From Nitrososphaerota archaeon (GTDB lineage Archaea; Thermoproteota; Nitrososphaeria_A; Caldarchaeales; Calditenuaceae): a stretch of DNA of 64,000 bases. Under the pieces are notes generated by a model that did no database searches, was not told where the DNA came from, and saw only the letters and a list, made by a program, of their open reading frames with translations. This document shows, piece by piece, positions 53,333-62,542 of the stretch; the first letter of the stretch is position 1, and each line of letters opens with the position of its first letter. The stretch lies in contig JAWBQR010000002.1 in NCBI GenBank assembly GCA_038845265.1, positions 65,150 through 129,149 on the forward strand. Direction: 5' to 3'. The position numbers and the translations under genes were made by a program.

Positions 53333-54481
53333 ATGGTTAGTTTGGGTTTGGAGTTCTTCGCCACGACTATCTACGGTCTTGAGGACGTTGCTGCCGCGGA
53401 GGTCCGTGAACTGACTGGTAGGGATGCTCTGAGTGATATTGCAAAGGTAATCTTCAGAGGTGATGTAATGGATGCGGCATTGCTGAACTATGCCTCGAGG
53501 TGCTGTAATAGGATATTCGTGATGCTCGCGAGAAGAGAAGTTGAGAGTCTCGCAGAGATTGAGAGGACGGCGAGAGAGGTCGATTACTCGGAGATAATAG
53601 ATGAGAATCAGTCTTTTGCCGTTAGGTCCGAGAGGCATGGTTCTCATCCATTTACAAGCATGGATATGAGTGCCGCCGTCGGTCGTGGCGTCATAGAGTC
53701 GTATAAGGGGTCGAGGGGTGTGAGGCTCAGGGTTGACCTCGATAATCCTGACGTGGAGCTTTTCGCGCTGCTTAGGGATTCTGAATTCATCTTGGGTTTG
53801 AACACGACTGGGCGCTCCCTTCACAACAGGTATTATCGAGTCTTTCATCATAGGGCTGGGCTCTCCGCGACCATTGCCGCCTCGATGCTTAGGCTTAGTG
53901 GTTGGCGGTCATCCGAGTCTCTGTTAGATCCATTCTGTGGTAGTGGGACGATTCCAATCGAGGCTGGGCTTATGGGTCTCAAGATAGCTCCCGGACTTAT
54001 GGCTAGCGATATGGCGATGTATCGACTAAGAATATTCAGCGAGGACTTGCTGAGAAGTGTGAGGGAGAAACTCGTGTCCTCTGAAGAGCGCTGGAGGGAG
54101 CTGAGAATTCTGGGTTCTGATGCCTCTCCTAGATACATTGATGGAGCATTGATGAATGCTAGGGCTGCGGGGCTGGAGGGCAAATTAAGGATTGTCCAAG
54201 GAGATGTGAGAAAGATTGATGAATGGCTATTCATGCCCATAGATAGAGTAGTGACTAATCCTCCGTTCGGCGTGAGGATGGGTCTTCGAAGAGCCGAGGA
54301 GTTCTATACCTCCGCCTTTAAAGCTCTCTCGAAGGTCGCTCCTGGTGCACTCGTTACTTTTCTCACGAACAAGCCGGTTATTGTTGGTAGGTCGATGAAT
54401 AATGCTGGCTGGTCTCTCATCGATAAGAGAAGGATAATTTATGGCACGCTTGAGGTCAGCATCATAATGGCCAAGACATGA
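53333..54481 (+). CDS. THUMP domain class I SAM-dependent RNA (tRNA guanine-N2-type) methyltransferase
   Basis: N-terminal THUMP-like region, DPFCGSGT SAM motif and VVTNPPFG motif IV. Start set to ATG 53333. Confidence 0.8.
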   Translation: MVSLGLEFFATTIYGLEDVAAAEVRELTGRDALSDIAKVIFRGDVMDAALLNYASRCCNRIFVMLARREVESLAEIERTAREVDYSEIIDENQSFAVRSERHGSHPFTSMDMSAAVGRGVIESYKGSRGVRLRVDLDNPDVELFALLRDSEFILGLNTTGRSLHNRYYRVFHHRAGLSATIAASMLRLSGWRSSESLLDPFCGSGTIPIEAGLMGLKIAPGLMASDMAMYRLRIFSEDLLRSVREKLVSSEERWRELRILGSDASPRYIDGALMNARAAGLEGKLRIVQGDVRKIDEWLFMPIDRVVTNPPFGVRMGLRRAEEFYTSAFKALSKVAPGALVTFLTNKPVIVGRSMNNAGWSLIDKRRIIYGTLEVSIIMAKT

Positions 54482-54614
54482 CTTATGAGTATTGGTCACG
54501 CCCGGGGCGATGCTTGGCTTAGTGATGGATGCTCCATCTTCAGATCGATGAGGCTTAATTTTATAAGCGGCCTCTCTGCAATTTGATGCAGGAGAGTGTA
54601 AGTTGTCGTTCGTT

Positions 54615-55364
54615 ATGAGGCTGCCAAATGCGGAATACCTAACCGACCTGATGAGAGCTATCTCGGCAGTAGTGGATGAAGCGACCTTTAAGATCGATAG
54701 TGAGGGTCTGAAGCTCGTCTCGATGGACCCAGCACATATAAGCCTCGTCGATTTCCTCCTCAGCAAAGAGGCCGCTGAGGAATATTCAGTAGCTAAGGAG
54801 TTGGAGCTTACGGTCAACATGCAGGACCTCCTCAAGTTTCTTAAGAGGGCGAAGAAGGGCGAGTCGCTCACACTTTCCTACGATGCCGAGAAGAAGAAGC
54901 TTATGATGACTCTTAGCGACTCTGCATATTCTAGGGAGAGGAGTTTTCAGCTCAGTACGCTTGAGCCCGCCGGCATGGCCGCGATGTCGAGTCCAAAGCT
55001 GAGCTTCGAGGCAAAGGCGAGGCTGAGTACTGACGCGCTCTGGGAGGCCATCGAGGATGCGGGAATAATTGCCGACGCGATGAAGATTACTATTCAGCCC
55101 GAAATGATAATACTCACAGCTAGGGGCGAGACAAGTACTGTCCAGAATAAGCTCTCGAAGCAAGGCGCCCTCGTCTTTGAGATTCAGACCGATAAAGAGG
55201 TATCTGCGAGTTTTAGTTTGACCTATCTTGAGAAGATAGTTAAGCCATGCAGGGACATATCGGAAGAGGTTACTATGATGCTCAGTACAAATAAGCCAAT
55301 TAAGCTTCATTTTCCCTTCCCAGCCGGGAGGCTTGAGTACCTCATAGCTCCGAGACTGGAGTAG
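54615..55364 (+). CDS. pcn: DNA polymerase sliding clamp (PCNA)
   Basis: ISAVVDEATFKIDSEGLKLVSMDPAHISLVDFLL pattern, about 249 aa, C-terminal YLIAPRLE. Confidence 0.9.
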   Translation: MRLPNAEYLTDLMRAISAVVDEATFKIDSEGLKLVSMDPAHISLVDFLLSKEAAEEYSVAKELELTVNMQDLLKFLKRAKKGESLTLSYDAEKKKLMMTLSDSAYSRERSFQLSTLEPAGMAAMSSPKLSFEAKARLSTDALWEAIEDAGIIADAMKITIQPEMIILTARGETSTVQNKLSKQGALVFEIQTDKEVSASFSLTYLEKIVKPCRDISEEVTMMLSTNKPIKLHFPFPAGRLEYLIAPRLE

Positions 55365-55407
55365 TCATAACTGTCTTTATTCATTGGTTGAGTGTTAAGT
55401 GTTAGGA

Positions 55408-55420
55408 TTTTTTCTCAAAA
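55408..55420. terminator. T6-CTC-A4 tract between convergent genes (candidate bidirectional terminator), inside a GTGTTAAG/CTTAACAC hairpin
   Basis: TTTTTTCTCAAAA lies 44 nt after the pcn stop. The inverted repeat at 55392..55399 / 55424..55431 flanks it. Confidence 0.4.
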
Positions 55421-55543
55421 TTGCTTAACACCCCCTCCTCCTCACGGAGGTATCTTTCAGTAGTAGCCATCTGCATTTCACTACCACGTAGTATAATATT
55501 GCTGATGATGCAAAAATAGATTTGTGAATAAATAATTATTTAT

Positions 55544-57475
55544 TTAGATTAGTCTTCCGACCCTGTCGCCGTCGTGGATTGCTTCTTTAATACGTCCCGG
55601 GCTTCTTGAGTCTCCGATTACGTATGACTCGGCGCAGGCAGCCTTGAAGCTATCTACTAATTGCTGGTCAGTCCTTAGGCCGATTGAGAGTATTACTGTA
55701 TCTGCGCTTATCTCGATTGGCTTGCTCTCTCCTATCCTAATTACTAGTGATGAGGGCTTGGCCTCGAGGACCTCTGATTTGCATATGGCCCTGACGCCCG
55801 CCTTCTTCAGCATATCCCAGAGAACAGTCGTGGTATACTTGTATCCAACCTCGTCAAACGGCATCAGCTCGATCATCTTCTCAATAACCGTCACGTTCTT
55901 TCCATGATTAGCGAGGTAGACCGCGGTCTCACAGCCAGTCGTCCCTCCACCAATTATTACCGGCTCATTTCCAACCCTCCCCGGATTCAGAAGCGCCTCC
56001 GCCGCCGTCATTGTCTTTATCTTGTCAAGCCCCTTGATCTCTGGACGAACAGGCTTCGCACCAATCGCGACGACCAGAGCGTCAGGACTAATATTTCTAA
56101 CCATGTTGGGCGTGACTTCTACTCCGAGCTTCACCTCGGCTCCACTCTCAGCCAGCTCTGCCTTTAGATACTCGAGAAACTCGCGTACATCTGACTTAAA
56201 GGGTGGCCTGCATCCAGGCACCATTAGTCCGCCGAGCTCCTTCTCCTTCTCGTACAGGGTCACCTCGTGTCCCCTCCTTGCAGCAACCATAGCGGCCATC
56301 ATTCCCGCAGGGCCTCCACCAACGACCACGACTCGCTTACGCCTAGCCGCTGGCTTCAGCGGCTCCTCACTCTCCCTGAATAGATACGGATTCACCGTAC
56401 ATGCAAGGATACGTACCCACGCAACTGCCTCATAGTGACAGACATTGCATCTAAGGCAGGGGCGAATTCGTCTTCCCTCTTTAGCCTTGTTGACCCACTC
56501 TGGGTCGGCTAGAAGCTGCCTCCCAAGACAGACAATGTCCGCCTTGCCCGCCGCCAGTATCGACTCCGCGAACTCCGGGTCCTTTATTCCCCCGAAAGCC
56601 ATGACGGGCACAGCATCACCAACATGACGCTTAATGTACTCAGCCACTGGAATCGATATATCTCTCGGATGATACAGAATCGGGACACCTGGGTACTTCA
56701 TCAAGCCGAGCGCAGCAATACCAGTAGACATAGTGGCAGGCTGAAGATATACCACTCCCTCATCAATCATAATCTTCGCAATCTTCACAGCAGTCTCTAG
56801 GTCGTTTCCATCAGGCACCTCCTCATACGCATTAAACTTAAACCCGACGGGAAAATCAGAACCACACTCGCGGTGAATACCCCTAACAATCTCCACAGGC
56901 ACGCGCATCCTTCCCTCAAGATCTCCCCCGTACTCGTCCCTCCTCCTATTACTGAACGCAGAGATGAACTCAGCGATTAGATATCCATATGCGCCGTGGA
57001 GCTCGACTCCGTCGAAGCCAGCCTTCTTCGCCCTAACAGCAGCTTGGACAAACTCCTCAATAACCCTCTCAACCTGCTCCTTCGTCAGCTCCTTCGGCAG
57101 CACAGAATACCACGGAATATCTATCGCAGACGGAGCGTATGAGCCCAGCGGATCAGCGCCACCCATCGTGGCTATCTGAAGAAAGACCTTAGCGCCATAC
57201 CTATGGGCAGCATCGGCATACCTCTTCAGGCTTGGGATCAGTCGGTCATCATTCGCAGCCATCAATGGGAAGCGCTGAAACTTAGTCGCCGCTGTGAACT
57301 GGCTAATTATTAATCCAACGCCTCCCTTCGCCCTCGCCTCTACATATGGAATCGCCTCGTCCAAGACTGTGCCATCCGGATTGTAGTAGCCAGTACCCAT
57401 AGGCGCCAATGCAACCCTATTCCTGACCTCGACTTTGCCAAGCCTTATCGGAGAGAAAAGAATCTTACTGGACAT
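55544..57475 (-). CDS. Old Yellow Enzyme-type FMN oxidoreductase fused to an FAD/NAD(P)-binding domain (2,4-dienoyl-CoA reductase / NADH oxidase-like)
   Basis: OYE TIM-barrel N-terminus (RNRVALAPMGT, GFDGVELHGAYGYL), Cys cluster CLRCNVCH, then VVGGGPAGM and IIGGGTTGCE dinucleotide motifs. Confidence 0.85.
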   Translation of the reverse strand: MSSKILFSPIRLGKVEVRNRVALAPMGTGYYNPDGTVLDEAIPYVEARAKGGVGLIISQFTAATKFQRFPLMAANDDRLIPSLKRYADAAHRYGAKVFLQIATMGGADPLGSYAPSAIDIPWYSVLPKELTKEQVERVIEEFVQAAVRAKKAGFDGVELHGAYGYLIAEFISAFSNRRRDEYGGDLEGRMRVPVEIVRGIHRECGSDFPVGFKFNAYEEVPDGNDLETAVKIAKIMIDEGVVYLQPATMSTGIAALGLMKYPGVPILYHPRDISIPVAEYIKRHVGDAVPVMAFGGIKDPEFAESILAAGKADIVCLGRQLLADPEWVNKAKEGRRIRPCLRCNVCHYEAVAWVRILACTVNPYLFRESEEPLKPAARRKRVVVVGGGPAGMMAAMVAARRGHEVTLYEKEKELGGLMVPGCRPPFKSDVREFLEYLKAELAESGAEVKLGVEVTPNMVRNISPDALVVAIGAKPVRPEIKGLDKIKTMTAAEALLNPGRVGNEPVIIGGGTTGCETAVYLANHGKNVTVIEKMIELMPFDEVGYKYTTTVLWDMLKKAGVRAICKSEVLEAKPSSLVIRIGESKPIEISADTVILSIGLRTDQQLVDSFKAACAESYVIGDSRSPGRIKEAIHDGDRVGRLI

Positions 57476-57733
57476 GAATAATCAGCAAAAATATCTAATT
57501 TTCATCGATATATATCCTTATCTTAATTTTTTCTGCTCATCTGTCTTGTAAATCTGGGAATTGGAGTGACTAGTGTGTACTTTGGAATGGTTAATCTTGA
57601 GAGCGAGCAGTGAAGCTCCTCGTGATATGCTTGGATAAAGAATTTAGAGAAAACTCGAAAATTGGTTGACGGAAATTGAAACTAGAAGTATCATGAAAGT
57701 ATTATGTATGTTTTATTCCTTGTTTTTGGCGTG

Positions 57734-58849
57734 ATGATGGAGATGCTGAACAGGAGGAATGAGAAACCGGCAATGTGTATTATCTTTGCGGTACTCATGT
57801 TTTCTTCGTTGCTCCTTGCATCGGTTGTACAGGCACAGGAAGAACAACCAGTGACCGTAACCAGCGATAAAGAAGTCTATAAGCATGGAGATACCGTGGC
57901 ATTCACGTTTTCTGGATTAGGGCCCAATCAGACATATCAATTAGAAATCTCAAGAAAAGGCATAGCTGTACATACAGTAGAGATTATAACAAATAGTGAT
58001 GGAAATCCCACAGAGGATGTTGTATGGAGTACGGGTGACGCAGAGCCAGGGACTTATAACTACGTCATTAAAAATAACAGCGGCGAAGAGCTAGGAAGAG
58101 GCACGCTAGGAATAGTTGGGATAAATAAGGAAAGGTTCTCGGCGGACGAGGAGATACTTATCAGTGGTGGAGGAGCTGTAGCAGGTGAGGAAGTGACAGC
58201 GGAGCTAAGGAATGACTCAACGGTGCTTGCCACTGCGAGTGTATCTTCTGATAGTGATGGGGAGTTCTCACTGAGCATAAAGATTCCTTATGACGCGGCA
58301 AATGGTACGTATGCCGTCGTTGTAAATGTCTCTGGAAATGTGATTACCTTCAGTATAGAGATTGAGACGACTTCATCCCAACTCCTCGAGAACACTGAAC
58401 TAATCTTCGATGACTTATTAGGAAATGTTTCTGGAATCAATGCATCAATTGTTGATAGTTTGGTCGCTAAGCTGAGGAATGCGAAGATGAAGGTTGAGTC
58501 CGCTGAAGAATTGTTGGCTGAGGGAAAGATGCATGTTGCTAGAAACATGCTTAGAGCTGCGCGAAACATGCTTACAGCATTTATCCACGAGGTGAGGGCG
58601 CAGCGTGGAAAGCACCTTGACGAGGCTACTGCAGATAGCCTGATAAGTGCAGCCCAGGGACTAATAATGCGGATAGAGTATCTCATGACGCAGCTAGACA
58701 ATCAAAATGTGAATGAGACAACTTCGATTTTGAATAAAAACGGCAATGGAGGAGACAGAGACAAAGGTGAGAATAGAGGCGATAAGGGGAAGGATAACGA
58801 GAATCATGGAAAAAGCGATAATGGAAACCATAAAGGAAAGAAGAAGTAG
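57734..58849 (+). CDS. secreted/surface protein with signal peptide, beta-rich repeats, helical module and a Gly/Asn/Asp/Lys-rich tail
   Basis: MMEMLNRRNEKPAMCIIFAVLMFSSLLLASVVQA|QEEQ signal-like N-terminus, many N-x-S/T sequons, tail NGNGGDRDKGENRGDKGKDNENHGKSDNGNHKGKKK. Start uncertain (57704, 57734 or 57743). Confidence 0.5.
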   Translation: MMEMLNRRNEKPAMCIIFAVLMFSSLLLASVVQAQEEQPVTVTSDKEVYKHGDTVAFTFSGLGPNQTYQLEISRKGIAVHTVEIITNSDGNPTEDVVWSTGDAEPGTYNYVIKNNSGEELGRGTLGIVGINKERFSADEEILISGGGAVAGEEVTAELRNDSTVLATASVSSDSDGEFSLSIKIPYDAANGTYAVVVNVSGNVITFSIEIETTSSQLLENTELIFDDLLGNVSGINASIVDSLVAKLRNAKMKVESAEELLAEGKMHVARNMLRAARNMLTAFIHEVRAQRGKHLDEATADSLISAAQGLIMRIEYLMTQLDNQNVNETTSILNKNGNGGDRDKGENRGDKGKDNENHGKSDNGNHKGKKK

Positions 58850-58859
58850 GCGCCTGTTC

Positions 58860-59828
58860 TTAGGGTGGCTCGACTCCGAATGTCCTTACAATATTTCTGT
58901 TCGTCAAGTCATCGATTAATTTTTCTGGAAAACCATTTTCTACGAGCCAGGAGATTAGTTGTGAGTATTTCTCGAGGCTCCTTATTCCAGAGAGGTATGG
59001 CGGGTTGAGTTTTTCCTGAAGCGTGTGGGGCGCGTGGTCAGTCTCTATGAAATCAATCTCGCCCCTTCTCAGCGCCTCGAGTAGTCCATGAGTATCTTCA
59101 GGCTCCCTGAGCGGTGGATTGACCTTCAAGAGAAGCCCATTAGGCCCCTCCATATCGCGTGTGCTCATCATCAAGTGGTGTGGAGTCACTCCGCAGACGA
59201 CTCTTACTCCACTCTGCCTCGCCCTAGAGATGAGCTCTATTGTCCCTGGAGTGGATACATGGACAATGTGGAGCGTTCCTCTAAACCCCGAGCTTCTGGC
59301 TGCGTTGATCTGGTCCCTGACTGCCTCTACCTCTGACTCGGGTGGACGTGCGAGGTTCCAGCTCGACGGTGTATTTGGACTCCATTTCTCCGTCTTGAAT
59401 AGGCTTGTCTTCTCGCAGTGGACAGCGATGACGCCCTTATAGCCCATATCGGCCAATGCCCTGTATACCCGGAGCTGGTCTTCGGGGTTCTCAACCTCGA
59501 TTCCCTTCATCTGGGCAGTATACATCTTTAGTCCAACCACCCTCGGCTCCTCTTCAACGGTCCTGACCGCCTCCTCAAGCTGGTCCAGCCTCCTGGTCGC
59601 TGCGACGTAGAGATAGTAGCCCTTCTTGACGCCCTGCTCTGCGGCTGTTCTTAATCTCCTCTCAACTAACTCGCGGTTCGTTATTGGTGGCTCGGTGTTA
59701 GGCATATCGAAGATAATTGATACTCCCTGACTCCTCGCTAGGCTGAATACCTCTCTTATCGTGGATTTATAGCTCTCCCCCCAGTCCCTGCAGTGGACAT
59801 GCGGGTCGATTCTTCCCTCCTCACTCAT
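58860..59828 (-). CDS. pyrC: dihydroorotase (compact form)
   Basis: DPHVHCRD, DMPNTEPP, GLKMY, VHCE, HIVHVST, NPPLR and ETDHAPH motifs. Lies 3 nt downstream of pyrI. Confidence 0.8.
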   Translation of the reverse strand: MSEEGRIDPHVHCRDWGESYKSTIREVFSLARSQGVSIIFDMPNTEPPITNRELVERRLRTAAEQGVKKGYYLYVAATRRLDQLEEAVRTVEEEPRVVGLKMYTAQMKGIEVENPEDQLRVYRALADMGYKGVIAVHCEKTSLFKTEKWSPNTPSSWNLARPPESEVEAVRDQINAARSSGFRGTLHIVHVSTPGTIELISRARQSGVRVVCGVTPHHLMMSTRDMEGPNGLLLKVNPPLREPEDTHGLLEALRRGEIDFIETDHAPHTLQEKLNPPYLSGIRSLEKYSQLISWLVENGFPEKLIDDLTNRNIVRTFGVEPP

Positions 59829-59831
59829 CTA

Positions 59832-60326
59832 CTAGCCGACCACGTATTCAGGAATCTTCGAGAACTCTAGCAGCGAGTCACAGTAATCGCACTGAATCAC
59901 GCCGTAGCTCTTCAGGACAGTAAACTTAGGCATAACTGGCTCCCTCTTCATGTTCGTTATGCATGAAACCTCTGGACACCTAATCCTGCCGACTATCTTA
60001 TCCGGAATCTGCGGCTTCACTTTCTCTACTTTCCAGTCCCTGATATAATTGATCGTCGATGTTGGGAACGTGAGTGAGAGGATATTACATTCATTCTGGC
60101 TTATATAGTAGTGATAAATCTTCACGATGTCTTTCTTTCCATACTTCCTGCTCGGAACATTGTTGAGGATGATGACTGAAACGTCTGGGTTATTCCTCAG
60201 ACTATCTAGTCCCAGGAGCCTGATTACTTGCCCCGCGCGCCATGCAGGTATATGGTCAATCACCGTTCCCCAATCAATCTTTCGGACCAGTAAAGACTCC
60301 TCACCCATTTCACTCCTCACCTCCAA
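59832..60326 (-). CDS. pyrI: aspartate carbamoyltransferase regulatory subunit
   Basis: LLVRKIDWGTVIDHIP N-domain and zinc domain CPEVSCITN...CDYCDS. The alternative ATG at 60308 would remove the overlap with pyrB. Confidence 0.9.
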   Translation of the reverse strand: MEVRSEMGEESLLVRKIDWGTVIDHIPAWRAGQVIRLLGLDSLRNNPDVSVIILNNVPSRKYGKKDIVKIYHYYISQNECNILSLTFPTSTINYIRDWKVEKVKPQIPDKIVGRIRCPEVSCITNMKREPVMPKFTVLKSYGVIQCDYCDSLLEFSKIPEYVVG

Positions 60327-61260
60327 GAATCATGTATAGAAGCGCCATCCTGAGTGGAAGCCCATACTTCGCCTGCTCGAAGTACCATGCATTTGGCAGT
60401 GAGTCTATCTCGGGTGAGAGTTCATCGACCCTGGGTAATGGATGCATCACTCCCACATCAATCTTGGCATAGCTGAGCAACTCCCTATTCACGACATATG
60501 AGCCTCTTAGCTTCTCGTATTCTGACGGGTCTGGGAACCTCTCTTTCTGGAGCCTAGTCACGTATAGCACGTCAACTTCTCTGAGATGCTTCCTTATCTC
60601 GTATGTGTCCTCAACCTTCATGTACTTCACGTTCTTCTCCTTTAGGTAAAGCTCGACCTCAGGCCTGACCTGCAGAACCGTTGGAGCCATAAAGTAGAGC
60701 TTAACGTCGTTGAACAGTGAGGCGAGATAGCTCAGCGAGGGTATCGTCCTGGAGAATCTAAGGTCGCCGATCATGCCTATGCTGACACCGTCGATGCTGC
60801 CCCTACGCCTCAGAATTGTGTATAAGTCAAGCATGCTCTGCGTCGGATGTTCTTGACTCCCGCTTCCGGCATTTATTATAGGTACCTCAGCGACCTCCGC
60901 GGCGAACCTCGCCGCGCCCCTACTTGGATGTCTAAGAATTATGCAGTCCGCGCCATATCCCTCAAGCATCTTAATAGTGTCGTGGAGCGACTCGCCCTTG
61001 GCCATGGCGCTCATTGATGGGTCGCTCATCGGCATGACTTCGCCTCCCAGCGCCCTAACGGCGGCTAAGAAGCTTTGAAAAGTCCTAGTCGAAGGCTCGA
61101 CGAAGACTAGGGCCACCTTTCTCTTCCTGAGCGATTCCCGATAATTCTCACCGTGCTTCTCCATCTCTGTCGCGAGGGCGAAGAGCTGCTCGATCTCAGT
61201 CCTCGTGAAGTCCTTAGAACTCACGACGTCTCTTCCACGAAGAACAGCGGAATTAGGCAT
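60310..61260 (-). CDS. pyrB: aspartate carbamoyltransferase catalytic subunit
   Basis: EPSTRT, HPTQ, HPLPR and LRHP motifs. Confidence 0.95.
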   Translation of the reverse strand: MPNSAVLRGRDVVSSKDFTRTEIEQLFALATEMEKHGENYRESLRKRKVALVFVEPSTRTFQSFLAAVRALGGEVMPMSDPSMSAMAKGESLHDTIKMLEGYGADCIILRHPSRGAARFAAEVAEVPIINAGSGSQEHPTQSMLDLYTILRRRGSIDGVSIGMIGDLRFSRTIPSLSYLASLFNDVKLYFMAPTVLQVRPEVELYLKEKNVKYMKVEDTYEIRKHLREVDVLYVTRLQKERFPDPSEYEKLRGSYVVNRELLSYAKIDVGVMHPLPRVDELSPEIDSLPNAWYFEQAKYGLPLRMALLYMILGGEE

Positions 61261-61277
61261 AATCTCTCCCCGGCAGG

Positions 61278-61287
61278 TAAATTATTT
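61278..61287 (-). promoter_or_regulatory. TATA-like element upstream of pyrB
   Basis: The minus strand reads AAATAATTTA, centred about 23 nt upstream of the pyrB ATG. This implies a leaderless or very short-leader mRNA. Confidence 0.35.
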
Positions 61288-61532
61288 GATACATGCCAAG
61301 TAGCATATTCTCTGGATGGATTTAAACATACATCGCCTAAAAAATTGGAAAAACGGGGCTCAGATACCCCAGGGTGCCTCACATATTCAGCTAGTCCCCT
61401 ACATCAACGCCCCAAGAAAAATCTATCAGTAGTCATTGATTTAGCTTATCGCCAGTAATAACATTTATCTTCGTAAAACGGTGCCCAGGCAGTCGCCAAG
61501 GATTAAATAATTCATGAGGCATCAATTTCACC

Positions 61533-62522
61533 GTGAGACTCTCAATTCTAGGTCTAGGAGATATAGGGAGACTAATAGCGAAGTGTGCATTGCTGAGAGG
61601 CTACAGGGTCGTAGGAGGAGTCGACATAGATCCGGCAAAGATAGGCATGGATATCGGTGAGCTGGCAGGAGTAGGCAGGATCGGAAAGAAAGTATACAGC
61701 TCGGTTGAGGAGCTGCTGAAAAAGGAGGAGACAGACGTTCTGATACAGTCCACGACCAGTTATCTGGATAAGGCCTACGATCAGTTCAGGCCAGCAGTCG
61801 AGAACGGGGTGAGCGTGGTCTCTACTTGTGAGACGCTCGTGTATCCCTACTATAGATACCCAGGGCTCGCGGCGGAGATAGATAGGTTGGCGAGGCACAG
61901 CGGAGCGACGGTCCTTGGAGCGGGAATAAACCCAGGCTACCTTCTCGATATCCTCCCAGTCTTCCTGACGGCGCCATGCCTGACTATAGAGTCAATAACG
62001 GCTGTTAGGCAGCTCGACGCGGCTAAGAGGAGGCCACCCTTCAGAAAGAAGGTCGGGCTCGGAATGAAGCTCGAGGAATACAGAGAGAAGCTTAGCAGAG
62101 GTGAATATACTGGACACGTAGGCATGGCTGAATCGGCGCTGCTCATTGCAAAGTCACTGAGGATAAAGATTGATAGAATAGAGGAGTCCCAGGTACCCGT
62201 CGCCGCTGATAGAACAATCGAGAGCGCCGGAATAACGGTTAGGCCAGGCGAGGTGAGGGGAGTGGAGTCGAGATGCATCATCCTCTCAGGAAATAGAGAG
62301 GCGGTTAGGCTTGAGTTCAGGGCACTGGCAGGCGCGGAGGAGTATGAGGAAGTAGCAATAAAAGGCGAACCATCAATTACTTGGAGAAGCTCAGGGACGC
62401 CGGGAGATCTTGGGACTGCTTCAGTCATCGTGAACGTGGCTCCGAGGGTCCTTAGGGCGAGGCCTGGACTGATAACCATGGATGAGCTGCCCCTGATACA
62501 TTCAATAGTCAAGACAGCCTAG
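61533..62522 (+). CDS. DapB-N-domain NAD(P)-dependent amine dehydrogenase-like protein (2,4-diaminopentanoate dehydrogenase family-like)
   Basis: ILGLGDIGRLIA Rossmann N-terminus, GAGINPGYLLDILP, GHVGMAESALLIA, GDLGTASVIVNVAPRV...PGLITMDELP; GTG start. Confidence 0.65.
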   Translation: MRLSILGLGDIGRLIAKCALLRGYRVVGGVDIDPAKIGMDIGELAGVGRIGKKVYSSVEELLKKEETDVLIQSTTSYLDKAYDQFRPAVENGVSVVSTCETLVYPYYRYPGLAAEIDRLARHSGATVLGAGINPGYLLDILPVFLTAPCLTIESITAVRQLDAAKRRPPFRKKVGLGMKLEEYREKLSRGEYTGHVGMAESALLIAKSLRIKIDRIEESQVPVAADRTIESAGITVRPGEVRGVESRCIILSGNREAVRLEFRALAGAEEYEEVAIKGEPSITWRSSGTPGDLGTASVIVNVAPRVLRARPGLITMDELPLIHSIVKTA

Positions 62523-62542
62523 CTACTAGGGCGTGAGACGTA

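Noticed and set aside
53282-53851. 190-aa N-terminal extension of the gyaR ORF (536 aa in the track)
   Set aside because: It has no dehydrogenase homology and runs antisense through the THUMP methyltransferase gene. The ATG at 53281 gives a normal 346-aa enzyme.
53848-54871. Minus-strand ORFs 53848..54240 and 54227..54871
   Set aside because: They are antisense to the well-supported THUMP methyltransferase and PCNA genes and give Ser/Leu/Arg-rich translations without motifs.
55503-55509. TGATGA (C-box-like) in the pcn/OYE spacer as a possible C/D box sRNA
   Set aside because: No CTGA D box at the expected 40-60 nt spacing on either strand, and no terminal stem. I could not support any C/D or H/ACA candidate in any spacer.
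61261-61532. 272-nt non-coding region between pyrB and the amine-dehydrogenase-like gene, examined for a small ORF or structured RNA (GGGGCTCAGATACCCC hairpin near 61355)
   Set aside because: Only ORFs of 38 aa or less without start signals, and a single short hairpin. The region is adequately explained as two divergent promoters.
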